NCBI GenBank assembly: GCA_963771175.1
Contig: CAVYSY010000054.1
Location: 64,001-128,000 of the forward strand
Direction of reading: 5' to 3'
DNA length: 64,000 bases
From: an uncultured delta proteobacterium
GTDB taxonomy: Bacteria > Myxococcota > Myxococcia > Myxococcales > Myxococcaceae
The notes under the pieces are model-generated. The model saw only the letters and a list, made by a program, of their open reading frames with translations, searched no databases and was not told the DNA's origin. How positions within the stretch are numbered: the stretch's first letter is position 1; each line of letters begins with the position of its first letter. Position numbers and translations under genes: made by a program. Positions 42,522 through 52,069 of the stretch are shown piece by piece.

Positions 42522-43544
42522 ATGGGTGGCACGATGAAGCGTTGGCAGTTGTGGCAGGCGGGCCGGGGAAACCTGGAGTTGGCGGACGTGGCGATTCCCA
42601 GCCCGGGCCCGGGCGAGGTCCTGGTCCGCGTCTCGGCGGTGTCACTCAACTACCGCGAGAAGCTCTTCCTGGACGGGGCTGGGTACGCGAATGCGCCCGG
42701 GCCGTATGTCCCGACCTCCGACATGGCGGGGGAGGTCGTCGCCACCGGGGCGGGCGCCCACCGCTTCAAGGAAGGCGACCGGGTCCTCGCCAACTTCCAG
42801 ACCGACTGGGTAGACGGCGCGGTGCCTCGCGCGAATGGCGGAGTGCGCAGTCTGGGCGGCAGCGTGCCGGGCGTGTTGGCCGAGTACGTGGCCATGCCCG
42901 AGAGCTGGCTGGTGGCCTCACCCGGAACGCTGGACGACGTGCAGGCGAGCACGTTGCCGTGTGCCGGGCTCACCGCCTGGACCGCACTGGTGGAGTTGGG
43001 GGGGCTGCGCCCGGGCCAGACGGTGGTGACGCAGGGCACGGGCGGCGTGTCCCTGTTCGCCGTGCAGCTCGCCTCGGCCATGGGCGCGCGGGTCATCGTG
43101 GTCTCGGGGGATGAGGACAAGCTTTCCCGCGCGAGGGGGCTGGGCGCGGCCCACGGCATCCATCGTCGCCACACGCCGGACTGGGAGAAGGCCGTGCTCG
43201 ACCTCACCCGGGGCGAGGGCGCCGACCACATCCTGGAGTTGGTCGGTGGCGCCAACCTCGCCCGCTCGGTGAACGCCCTTGCGTCCGGCGGGCGCATCTC
43301 CCTGATTGGCGTGCTGGAGGGCTTCGAGGTCCGCTTCCCGGTGATGCCGCTGTTCCAGTCGCAGGGCATCATCCAGGGCATCTTCGTCGGACATCGGCGC
43401 GGCCTGGAGAACCTGGTGCGCGCGGTCGACCGGCTCTCGCTCAAGCCCGTGGTCGATACCGTCTACCCGCTCGCCGACTTCCCGAAGGCGCTGGAGCACC
43501 TGGACCGCGGGCCCTTCGGCAAGCTCGTGATTCGCGTCCGCTAG
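42522..43544 (+). CDS. MDR-family NAD(P)-dependent oxidoreductase
   Basis: SLNYR, SDMAGEVV, LPCAGLTAW, QGTGGVS, FGKLVI. Confidence 0.92.
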   Translation: MGGTMKRWQLWQAGRGNLELADVAIPSPGPGEVLVRVSAVSLNYREKLFLDGAGYANAPGPYVPTSDMAGEVVATGAGAHRFKEGDRVLANFQTDWVDGAVPRANGGVRSLGGSVPGVLAEYVAMPESWLVASPGTLDDVQASTLPCAGLTAWTALVELGGLRPGQTVVTQGTGGVSLFAVQLASAMGARVIVVSGDEDKLSRARGLGAAHGIHRRHTPDWEKAVLDLTRGEGADHILELVGGANLARSVNALASGGRISLIGVLEGFEVRFPVMPLFQSQGIIQGIFVGHRRGLENLVRAVDRLSLKPVVDTVYPLADFPKALEHLDRGPFGKLVIRVR

Positions 43545-43556
43545 TCGCCGCGGCTC

Positions 43557-43610
43557 CCGGCGCCTGCTCGAGCGCCGGGGCCTGTTCGCCTGGTGAGGCC
43601 CGGCGGGGCT
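43557..43610 (+). repeat. Orphan 54-bp exact copy of the 3' end and flank of the radical SAM gene
   Basis: Identical to 47611-47664. Confidence 0.95.
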
Positions 43611-43646
43611 ACTTCGGCCTGTAGCGCCGACGATGCGCTGCGCCAC

Positions 43647-44257
43647 TCACTGCCCGAGCGATTGGGGCGGCGGCCTGGCGCTGAAGACGGGCGCATAGCA
43701 CTCCCCCTGGTGCTCGTAGAGGTCATCTGGGCAGGGGGCCTTGAGCCTGTGAGGCATCCAGCAGGCGCCCACCAGCTCTACCTGGACGTAGCGAGTGCAT
43801 GGGGGGCGCTTCTGCCCTTTAAAGGGCTCGCGCGGTAGGGGCCAGGAGAGTACAGGCCCCCGCTGAGGCTCGCCGTCCGCGAGCCAACCTCTGACGAAAG
43901 GGTCCGGCTTCTCGGCGGCCGTCAGCACCTCAGGGCTCACGGGCGTTGGTGCGGCTCTCTCCAAGGGGTCCGCACCGTTCGGCGGTTGGGTCTCAGGGTT
44001 CAGGAGGACCAGCAACAAGAGCACGGCACTTCCGCTCGTCTTGCGTGTGGCCCGGTAGCGTTCTCCCTGGCTGTGCGTGGGTTGCGGCACCTGCTCCTGG
44101 ATGCGGTAGGGCCCCAACTGCTCCGGTTGCTCCCAGCTCGACTCGGCCTTCTTCTCCGTGCCCACGCGTGCTCCTCCCAGGCCTCCTCGTTCGCTCAAGG
44201 CCTGAAGCTCCTATCTGCACCGGGTTGGGCGCTCGCTCCAGGAGGTGCATGGTGCAT
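43647..44257 (-). pseudogene. Kinase-derived protein, copy 2, with an internal deletion
   Basis: Highly similar to 38679-39565 but lacks about 270 bp between the TSG motif and the TM helix. Confidence 0.7.
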
Positions 44258-44306
44258 CAGGGGGCGCCCTGCCCTACAAGTGGCGTGGCTCTCTGGATCT
44301 TCCTGC

Positions 44307-44424
44307 CTACGAAGGTGTCAAACACCTCGTACGGCACAGGTGCAGCGCAACGCGCCAGGCGAAGTGTTTGACACCTTCCCCGACACCTTCCCCCGGGGAA
44401 GACGCCTCGTTCTTCCCTCTGAGG
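44307..44424. repeat. REPIN-like hairpin, copy D, with a 12-bp terminal duplication
   Basis: Inverted repeat GAAGGTGTCAAACACCTCG...CGAAGTGTTTGACACCTTC (18/19); GACACCTTCCCC twice; then GGGAAGACGCCTCGTTCTTCCCTCTGAGG, also present at 10977-11005. Confidence 0.85.
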
Positions 44425-44442
44425 TGCTCAAGCGCTCCGGCG

Positions 44443-45630
44443 CTACCGGTAGAAGTGGTCCGCGAGGAGGCGGGCGTTGAAGAGCATGGCGTCGTAGCTC
44501 GTGTAGACACCGTGCCCGAAGCACGTCGCCAGGCAGTTCGGCAGGGCGCCCGTGCCCCGGTCGCCGTAGTCGACGAGGTAGCTGAACCCGTCCCGCGGCA
44601 CGCGCGCGCCGTGGCGCACGTGCTGGAGCCACGCCTTCACGTCATAGCCCTCGCCGAGGATGGCATCGAGCCGCGCGGCCAGCTCCCGCTCCTTCGCGCT
44701 GCCCGGCGGCAGGTCCGAACCGGCGATGCCCCACTGATGCACGTAGTCGCCACTCTCGGTGTTGAGGACGCCGGCGACGGTGCTCCCGCGCGGCTCCGCG
44801 CCCCGGTGGTTGATGACGTGGAGGACGCGGCACCGCCGGCCCGCGGCCCAGCCATAGCGCGGCGGCATGCCGAAGGTGGCGATGTCGAGCCGCGCGCGGG
44901 CGACCCCGCGCGCCATCTCCTGCAGCGCCTCCGTGGGCTCGCCCGCGTCGCGCACGGCCTGCCAGAGCGCCTCCGCGGTCCGCGCCGGGTAGACGAGCTG
45001 CGTGAGCAGGGCGAGCACCTGGCCGCCATGGCTGTGCCCGAGCAGCAGCGTCCGCTTGCTCCCGAGCTCCGAGGTGCCCAGGAGCCGCAGCAGCTCCACG
45101 GCCGCGCGCAGGCGGGCGACGTGGTTGTTCGCCGAGGACCAGACGAAGCGCGTCGCGCGGAGGTCGCCGCCCAGCGCCTTCTCGAAGAGCGAGACGTACT
45201 CGGGGGTGTAGTTGCCGAGATCTCGCAGGACGCGATCGCTCGGGAGCTTGGAGAGGCGGCGCAGGGACGGCATGAGCCCCGGACTCAGCGCCGAGAGGGG
45301 CCCCTCGAGCGCGGCGAGCAGCAGGGTGGGATCATGGCCGACGAAGGTGCCATGCACGAAGACGACGTGGCGCACCCCGGCGCGGCGCAGCCGGCGGCCC
45401 GCCTGCTCCATCGCCTCGCGCCAGGCGGGAGATTGGGCCTCGAGGACGGGCGTCTCGCGAGCGAACGGCGGCATCGCTTCGCGCGCCCGCACCGCGAACG
45501 TCCCGGGCCGCGGCGCGGCGTCGTACTGCTGGGGTTGGCAGAGGGCCGGCGTCGGGCGGAGCCGCCACGCGATGACGAGCCCGGCGATCGCGGCGGCGAG
45601 GAGGAGGAGCGTGAGGGCGAGCCACAGCAT
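44443..45630 (-). CDS. Membrane-anchored alpha/beta hydrolase
   Basis: N-terminal TM helix; FVHGTF; FVWS; GHSHGG nucleophile elbow; late His (FGHG). Confidence 0.75.
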   Translation of the reverse strand: MLWLALTLLLLAAAIAGLVIAWRLRPTPALCQPQQYDAAPRPGTFAVRAREAMPPFARETPVLEAQSPAWREAMEQAGRRLRRAGVRHVVFVHGTFVGHDPTLLLAALEGPLSALSPGLMPSLRRLSKLPSDRVLRDLGNYTPEYVSLFEKALGGDLRATRFVWSSANNHVARLRAAVELLRLLGTSELGSKRTLLLGHSHGGQVLALLTQLVYPARTAEALWQAVRDAGEPTEALQEMARGVARARLDIATFGMPPRYGWAAGRRCRVLHVINHRGAEPRGSTVAGVLNTESGDYVHQWGIAGSDLPPGSAKERELAARLDAILGEGYDVKAWLQHVRHGARVPRDGFSYLVDYGDRGTGALPNCLATCFGHGVYTSYDAMLFNARLLADHFYR

Positions 45631-45653
45631 GCCGTGGCAGCTTATCGGGAAGC

Positions 45654-45746
45654 CGGATGGGGTGTCCGGATGGGGTGTCAGACGACTCGTAGGGCGCGAA
45701 GGTCGGAACGAGTCCTTTGACACCTGACCGGGGACACCTGACCGGG
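45654..45746 (-). repeat. REP/REPIN-like element, copy E, with tandem duplications at both ends
   Basis: Reverse complement AGGTGTCAAAGGACTCGTTCCGACCTTCGCGCCCTACGAGTCGTCTGACACCC; CGGATGGGGTGTC twice and GACACCTGACCGGG twice. Confidence 0.88.
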
Positions 45747-45804
45747 GCGGGCCCGCACCTTCATCGCGGTCTAGAGTGCTCACGACCCCTTTCCTGGAGG
45801 GCCC

Positions 45805-46554
45805 ATGGGGCACACCGCCGAGTACGACACCCTGGCCGAGGAGTACCAGCAGTCCAAGCTGATTCCCTTCCGTCTCGAACTCGAGCACTACAGCCTGTTC
45901 GAACAGCTGGGCGATCTCCGGGGCAAGCGGGTGCTGGACCTGGCCTGTGGCGAGGGCTTCTACAGCCGGCGGATGAAGCGGCGGGGGGCGGCCACCGTTC
46001 ATGGGGTGGACGTGTCCTCGGCGATGATCGAGCTGGCTCGCGAGGCCGAGCGCCGCGAGCCGCTCGGGTGTACCTACTCGGTGGGCGATGTGGCCGGGCT
46101 CGAGCGCCTGGGCGACTTCGACCAGGTGGTCGGCTGTTACCTGCTCAATCAGGCGCGGACACGCGAGCAGCTCCTGGACTTCTGCCGGGCCATCCGCCGC
46201 AACCTCGTGCCGGGCGGGCGCTTCGTGGGGGTCGCCGACAACCCGCGCAGTGACCCGAAGCACTACGAGAGCTACCGCCCCTATGGCCTCACCAAGCAGG
46301 TCCCCTCGCCGCGCACCGAGGGGGACCTCATCACCCTCACCTTCTTCAACCCGGACGGCACGAGCTTCCAGCTCACCAATGCCTACCTGGCGCCCGAAGC
46401 CTATGAGTGGGCCTTCCGTGAGGCGGGCTTCTCCTCCTTCCAGTGGGTGCCCGTGAGGGCGCGTCCCAACCCGGACAACGAGGCCGCCGTCTTCTGGCAG
46501 CGGTTCGCGGAGATGGAGCCCCTGGTCCTCGTGGAGGCCCGCTCGGACGGATAG
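45805..46554 (+). CDS. Class I SAM-dependent methyltransferase
   Basis: VLDLACGEG, GVDVS, GDV, FDQV, YLLN, LVPGGRF; GGAGG RBS. Confidence 0.92.
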   Translation: MGHTAEYDTLAEEYQQSKLIPFRLELEHYSLFEQLGDLRGKRVLDLACGEGFYSRRMKRRGAATVHGVDVSSAMIELAREAERREPLGCTYSVGDVAGLERLGDFDQVVGCYLLNQARTREQLLDFCRAIRRNLVPGGRFVGVADNPRSDPKHYESYRPYGLTKQVPSPRTEGDLITLTFFNPDGTSFQLTNAYLAPEAYEWAFREAGFSSFQWVPVRARPNPDNEAAVFWQRFAEMEPLVLVEARSDG

Positions 46555-46564
46555 GCACGGGCTC

Positions 46565-46578
46565 TCTGACACCCTGCC
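46565..46578 (+). repeat. Half REP-like element
   Basis: TCTGACACCCTGCC, identical to 8779-8792, 10 bp after the methyltransferase stop. Confidence 0.55.
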
Positions 46579-46666
46579 GGAGTCCGCGCGCCAGCGAAGC
46601 AGGCTGGCGGACTCGGTCCCCTGGCGCCGACTGCGCCGCCCGCGCCAGGGGGCTACGTTTGCCCTC

Positions 46667-47650
46667 ATGAGCTGGCCTGCGTATCTGGCGCTCCATGAAA
46701 GCGGAGAGTTGAAGCGGCGTGCGGAGGAGGCGGTCGCCGCGCTGGGTTCCTGCCGCCTCTGCCCGCGCGACTGTGGCGTGGACCGACTGGCCGACCGGAA
46801 GATGGCCTGCAAGGTGGGCCGGAAGGCGCGCGTCTCGGCGCACTTCGCGCACTTCGGCGAGGAGGACTGCCTGCGCGGCTGGAACGGCTCGGGCACGATC
46901 TTCTTCTGCGTGCTGCAACCTGCGCTGCGTCTTCTGCCAGAACTGGGAGACCTCGCAGGACGGGCGAGCGGCCGCGAGGTGGCCGCCGCACGAGCTGGCC
47001 GAGCTGATGCTCGACCTGCAGGAGCGGGGCTGCCACAACATCAACTTCGTCACGCCCGAGCACGTGGTGCCGCAGATCCTCGAGGCGCTGGTGCATCGCG
47101 GTCGAGCGCGGGCTGCGGCTGCCGCTCGTCTACAACACCGGCGCCTACGACTCGGCTGGAGAGCCTGCGCGCTGCTCGACGGCGTGGTCGACATCTACAT
47201 GCCGGACTTCAAGTTCTGGACGCCGCGAGTCCGCCGCGCGCGGTACCTGCAAGGCGCGCGGACTATCCGGAGCGCGGCGCGGCGGACGATTCGCGAGATG
47301 CACCGGCAGGTGGGCGACCTGGTGGTCGACGAGCGACGGCCTCGCGCGGCGCGGGCTGCTCGTGCGCCACCTGGTGATGCCGGGCGGCGCTGGAGGAGAC
47401 GCGAGGCGATCCTGGGCTGGCTCGTCGCGAGGAGCTCGGCCCGGACACGTACGTCAACGTCATGGACCAGTACCACCCGGACGGGCGGGTGCTGCGCGAG
47501 CCCCAGCGCTTCCCCGCGCTGACCCGGCCGCTGTCGCGGGGCGACTTCCAGCGGGCCGTGGAGTACGCGCGGGAGGCGGGGCTGCGGCGGCTCGACGAGC
47601 GGAGGCCGCACCGGCGCCTGCTCGAGCGCCGGGGCCTGTTCGCCTGGTGA
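46667..47650 (+). CDS. PflX-like radical SAM protein, many indels
   Basis: CRLCPRDC, HFGEE, GSGTIFF, CNLRCVFCQN, HNINFVTP, DIYMPDFK, VRHLVMPG, MDQYHP. Confidence 0.88.
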
Positions 47651-47664
47651 GGCCCGGCGGGGCT

Positions 47665-47691
47665 CCGGGAAGGTGTTTGACACCTTCCCGG
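47665..47691. repeat. Compact REP-like palindrome, copy F
   Basis: CCGGGAAGGTGT-TTG-ACACCTTCCCGG, a perfect 12-bp stem. Confidence 0.85.
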
Positions 47692-47707
47692 GACGAGCCC
47701 GGGGAAC

Positions 47708-48304
47708 CTACGTCGCCTCGGGTGCCCCGAGAACTGCCGCGGCCCAGGTGGGGAGGGGGGAGTGACGCTCGACGGCCATGCCCCGCTCCAATCGTCCGAG
47801 CAGGCGGTACGGATTTCGGGCATCGCTGTTGTCGTACAGACGCGTCTCGTCCACGAACCTCGCCGCCTGCGCCAGGTTGGCGAGCGTGCGGGGGAAGCGG
47901 CTGAAGAGCTTCTCGTCCGGCACGTCATGTCCGCCCTGGGCTACCCGGCTGATGACACGCGCCTGCGACAGCTCGGGCGAGTCCAGCCCGATGAACAGGA
48001 GGACGACCCGGTAGCCGGCCGTCATGGCTTCACGCAAGAAGGCGAGCTTGTCCCCAGCCGGGTCGGAGAACACGGTTTCCATGCAGAAGCTCTCGCCCTC
48101 CGTGACGAGGGCTCGTCGCTCGGCATCCGCCGCTCGCGCGGCGGCGTACGAGGCACCGGCCGGGTCCTCGGGGGCAATCGCGAGCGCGAGGAGATCGGCG
48201 TTGACGAAGCGCAAGCCGGTCACCCGGAGCCTCCGCTCGAAGAACGTGGACTTTCCCGCCCCATTGGGGCCGGCGAGCACCACGAGCGTGGGCTGCGTGC
48301 TCAA
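47708..48304 (-). CDS. Zeta-toxin-like P-loop ATPase
   Basis: AGPNGAGKST, FVNAD, ETVFS, RVAQGGHDVP, YDNS. Confidence 0.88.
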   Translation of the reverse strand: MSTQPTLVVLAGPNGAGKSTFFERRLRVTGLRFVNADLLALAIAPEDPAGASYAAARAADAERRALVTEGESFCMETVFSDPAGDKLAFLREAMTAGYRVVLLFIGLDSPELSQARVISRVAQGGHDVPDEKLFSRFPRTLANLAQAARFVDETRLYDNSDARNPYRLLGRLERGMAVERHSPLPTWAAAVLGAPEAT

Positions 48305-48684
48305 CGTGGATCCGTACCTTCCGGGACGAACACCCGCCCGACGAACTTCCCACGCGTTCGGGTCCCGTCCGGGTTCTCACGCACGATGCCGCCCGGCCGC
48401 TCGGGATCGGCGCTGTAGAGGGGCTGGCTCGAGGCCGCGAGGTGGGCACGCATCTCGTCCTGCCCCTCGGTCGACTCCGCGTAGGTCAGTGCGTCCTCGA
48501 GCGACAGCAACTCTTTGCCGCGGCGCTTGAGCGCCCGGATCTGCCCGTGGCCAAGTACCGCCTCCACGGCCATTCCCAGTCGCACCCAGTGTTCGATCTG
48601 GCCCGTGATGGAGCGATCGCTCGTCTCCGCTTCCTCACGCGCCAAACTCACGATCTCATCGCTAATGCGCAGGGGAAGTCCCAT
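48301..48684 (-). CDS. ParD-like RHH antitoxin
   Basis: MGLPLRISDEIV...RSITGQIEHWVRLG; 4-bp overlap with the ATPase gene. Confidence 0.8.
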   Translation of the reverse strand: MGLPLRISDEIVSLAREEAETSDRSITGQIEHWVRLGMAVEAVLGHGQIRALKRRGKELLSLEDALTYAESTEGQDEMRAHLAASSQPLYSADPERPGGIVRENPDGTRTRGKFVGRVFVPEGTDPR

Positions 48685-48718
48685 GACCCAACCTCCACAT
48701 CGCAAGATTCTACGTTCA

Positions 48719-48735
48719 TGTAGCAATATGCTACA
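48719..48735. promoter_or_regulatory. Palindromic operator of the TA operon
   Basis: TGTAGCA-ATA-TGCTACA, about 35 bp upstream of the antitoxin start. Confidence 0.6.
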
Positions 48736-48838
48736 GGCCCGCCTCGTCGGCAACGTTCTGTGTTCTCGGTAGGTTGTTGTCCCATGGCTCGCCTGCCCGC
48801 TCGCTTCCACTACAGGAGATGAAGCGGCCGGCCAGCCA

Positions 48839-48869
48839 CTACGAAGGTGTCAAACACCTCGTACGGCAC
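48839..48869 (+). repeat. REP-like arm, 31-bp exact repeat of 44307-44337
   Basis: CTACGAAGGTGTCAAACACCTCGTACGGCAC. Confidence 0.9.
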
Positions 48870-49016
48870 GGTTACGACAAGGGGAAGACACCCTCCAAGC
48901 GGCACCAGCAGCAGCAGATCGCCATCGCCGAGCGGCGTCTGGCCCTCTTCAAGCAACGCGAAAGGGAGAATGTCGAGCGGCAGCCCTCGCCCGCTACAGC
49001 CAAGCGGCGGAAGTAG
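48867..49016 (+). pseudogene. C-terminal remnant of a RelE/HigB-like toxin
   Basis: GYDKGKTPSKRHQQQQIAIAERRL; upstream of an XRE gene; truncated at the REP arm. Confidence 0.6.
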
Positions 49017-49066
49017 CCTTGCCGATTATGGGTTATAGGAATATCATTGGACCCGAAGGAGGGGCG

Positions 49067-49483
49067 ATGCGCACTCTCAAGGACCTGACAACCTTCGTGG
49101 AGAAGGAGGCAGCCAGCGAGGGCCCTGCTGCCCAGGCTGCCCTCCAGGCGGAGCGCGACCGCTTCCGTATCGCCCGAGAACTCGCCGAGGTGCGCAAGGC
49201 GAAGGGGCTCACTCAAAGCCAGCTCTCCGAGCGCTCGGGGGTGCCCCAGAGTGAGATCAGCAAGATGGAGTCGGGCAGGGCGAACGCCACCGAATTGACG
49301 CTCTTCAAGGTGCTGCACGCGCTGGGCTACGCCGTTCGTCTGGAGCCGCTCGGACGCACCACGGCCTCCAAGCGGGAGACCCTCCCCCGTGTCAGCCGTT
49401 CAGCGCGGACTGGTACACCCCGGCGAGCGCCCGCGCCTCGTGCGCCACGCCGAAGCGCTGGCGCGCCTCCTCGGCGGCGTTGA
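49067..49483 (+). CDS. XRE/HigA-like HTH antitoxin (3' end overlaps the convergent GT4 gene)
   Basis: RKAKGLTQSQLSERSGVPQSEISKMESGRAN; AAGGAGG RBS. Confidence 0.82.
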   Translation: MRTLKDLTTFVEKEAASEGPAAQAALQAERDRFRIARELAEVRKAKGLTQSQLSERSGVPQSEISKMESGRANATELTLFKVLHALGYAVRLEPLGRTTASKRETLPRVSRSARTGTPRRAPAPRAPRRSAGAPPRRR

Positions 49484-50395
49484 GCCCCACCTGCCGCGCC
49501 CGCTCCGGCTCGCGGAAGAGCATCGTGAGCAGCTCGCGCAGCGCCGGCACGTCCCCGGGCTCGTACATGAAGCCCGTGCGCCCGTGCTCGATGACGGCCG
49601 GCACGTGCGGCAGCCGCGTCACCACCGGACAGCAGCCGCTCGCCATCGCCTCCACCAGCACCATCGAGAAGGCCTCGCCGTACGAGGGGTGCACCAGGAT
49701 GCTCATCCCCTGGTACCAGGGCACCACGTTCTTGTGCTCGCCCGCCAGCACCAGCTGCCCCTCCGTGGACTCGCGCAGCTTCTCGGCCCACGCCGCGTCC
49801 TTGCCCTTGGCCAGCCCCACCAGCACCGGCTTCCACTCGGGGAAGTCGCGCAGCAGCGGGCGGATGGCCTCCACGAAGTCGCCCTGGCCCTTCTTGGGGC
49901 GCACCCGGCCCACCACTCCCACCCCGTAGCGCCCGCCCAGTCCCAAGCGACTGCCACGCCGCCGCACGGTCCGCCGGCGGCACGAAGCGCGTCCAGATCC
50001 ACCCCGTGCGTCACAATCTGGGACGGCATCCCCATCGACTCCGCGCCCTGCGGGTTGAGCGTGACGAGCTGCTCGGCGTAGCGGGCGATGAAGCGGGTGA
50101 ACCAGCTCGGCGCGTAGGCGCCGTGGCGCGTGTAGACGAGCCGCACCTGCTTCCCCAGCATCTTCAGCAGGAAGCCGAAGAGCAGCTCGTTGTTGCGGTG
50201 CGCGTGCCAGACCACCGGCTCCTCGCGGATGCGCCGCCACAGCTCGCCCCACGGTATCCGCGGCACGTCCGCCGCCAGGTGCTTGCCCAGCGCCCGCGTC
50301 TCCATCAGGCGCGCGAGCTCGGGGACGATCAGCTCGGTGTGGGCGGTGACGCCGGTGCGGCGCCGGTGGAAGTGCGGATGGACGACGAGTGGCAT
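49392..50395 (-). CDS. GT4 glycosyltransferase (LpcC-like LPS core transferase), frameshifted
   Basis: HRRRTGVT, WHAHRNNE, HGVD, VGRVRPKKG, EAFSMVLVEAMASG. Confidence 0.85.
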
Positions 50396-50651
50396 GGGCG
50401 AGGGGGCTTCGGTCAAAACGCCGGTGTCTCTATCCCACCGGTGCCCTCCCGTCATCCGGACGACTTCAGTTGCGCCCGCCTCGCACGTGGCGTGTAGGTC
50501 TGGCGCACCTCTCCCACCTTTGGCGCCCTGGAGGTGCACAGGGCCCGGGTGGCCGCTCGTGGGGCGAGCAGCCCCGAGAGGCCCCGGCACGCGACGTGAA
50601 GAACGACCCGAGGTCAGAGGTTGACTCCTGGAGCTTACCTCCGGAGTCATC

Positions 50652-51963
50652 ATGGACCGTACGGGCAGTGCAGACCTTCCCCTCCATTCAGGCCGCGTGC
50701 CGGACTGGCTCGCCGAGCGCATGGCGCGCATGTCGCGCGTGCTGGTGGAGGCGCTCGTTCTCCAGTACGGCCGCCACGAGGTGCTGCGCCGGCTCGCGCA
50801 CCCCTTCTGGTTCCAGTCGCTCGGCGCCGTCATGGGCATGGACTGGCACTCGTCGGGCGTCACCACCACCGTGCTCGGCGCGCTCAAGCGCGGGCTGACT
50901 CCGGGCGGGCGCCAGCTCGGGTTGTACGTGGTGGGCGGCAAGGGCATGCAGGCGCGCCGCACCCCCGACGAGCTGCGCATCATCGGCGACCGCGTGGGCA
51001 TCGACGCCGACGCGCTCATCCGCGCCAGCCGTCTCGCGGCCAAGGTGGACAGCGCCGCGGTGCAGGACGGCTTCGAGCTGTATTCCCACAGCCTCATCCT
51101 CTCGGACGACAACGCGTGGGCGGTGGTGCAGCAGGGGATGAATACCGAGGCGCGGCAGGCCCGGCGCTACCACTGGCTCTCCGAGGGCCTCGGCAGCTTC
51201 GTGGAATCGCCCCACGCCGCCATCGAGGGGCCGCCCCAGGGCGTCATCCTCAACCTCACGGACAGGCGCGCCGCGAGGGCCCGGGCCGCCCAGGTGGAGC
51301 TCGTGTCCCAGGGGCCCGACGTGGTGGTGGGCGCGCTGCGCAAGCTGCGTCCCCAGGAGGCGCCCACTCCCGTCACCGCGCCCCTGCCGCTGCCGCACCT
51401 GCAGATGCCCCTGCACGAGGCGGTGACGCGCGATGATGTCCTCCTGCGCCGGCTCCACGGCACGCTGGCCGCCGCGGCCGAGCAGGGCCCCAAGGACTTC
51501 TCCGAGCTGCTCCTCACCCCCGGCGTGGGCGCTCGCACCGTGGCGGCGCTGGCCAGCGTGGCCGAGGTGATTCACGGCTCGCCCTCGCGCTTCACGGACC
51601 CCGCGCGCTTCTCGTTCGCCCAGGGCGGCAAGGACCGGCAGCCCTTCCCGGTGCGGCTCGACGTCTACGATGAGACCCTGCGCGTGCTGCGCGCGGCGGT
51701 GGACGCGGCGAGGCTCGGCAACGACGAGAAGCTCCAGGCCCTGCGCGAGTTGGACCGGCAGGCGCGCCGGCTCGAGGCCGTGGCCACCGGCCCCTCCTTC
51801 GAGGCGCTCGTCGAGGAGGGGTGGAAGGACGTGGGCGAGTTGCTGCCCACCGACGCTCCCCCGCAGGCGGCCTCGGGGGCGTCCCGGCTGGCGGCGCGCT
51901 CCCTCCACCCAGGGCCAGCTCGAGCTGCCCGGCCTGGGGGAGACCCTCGCAAGTAACAAGTAA
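50652..51963 (+). CDS. DUF763 family protein (C-terminal frame uncertain)
   Basis: ADLPLH, PFWFQSLG, GMDWHSSG, AKVDSAAVQDG, QQGMN, ARRYHW, GVGART, FSFAQGGKD. Confidence 0.85.
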
Positions 51964-52069
51964 GGTGCTCGACATCTCCGGTGAGGGGTCTCGGGACTGT
52001 ACCGGGGGCTCATGGCAGAAGGTCTTCTGCCTCTCCTGCTCCCCCCAGGTGACACAGGGAGTCTTCATC

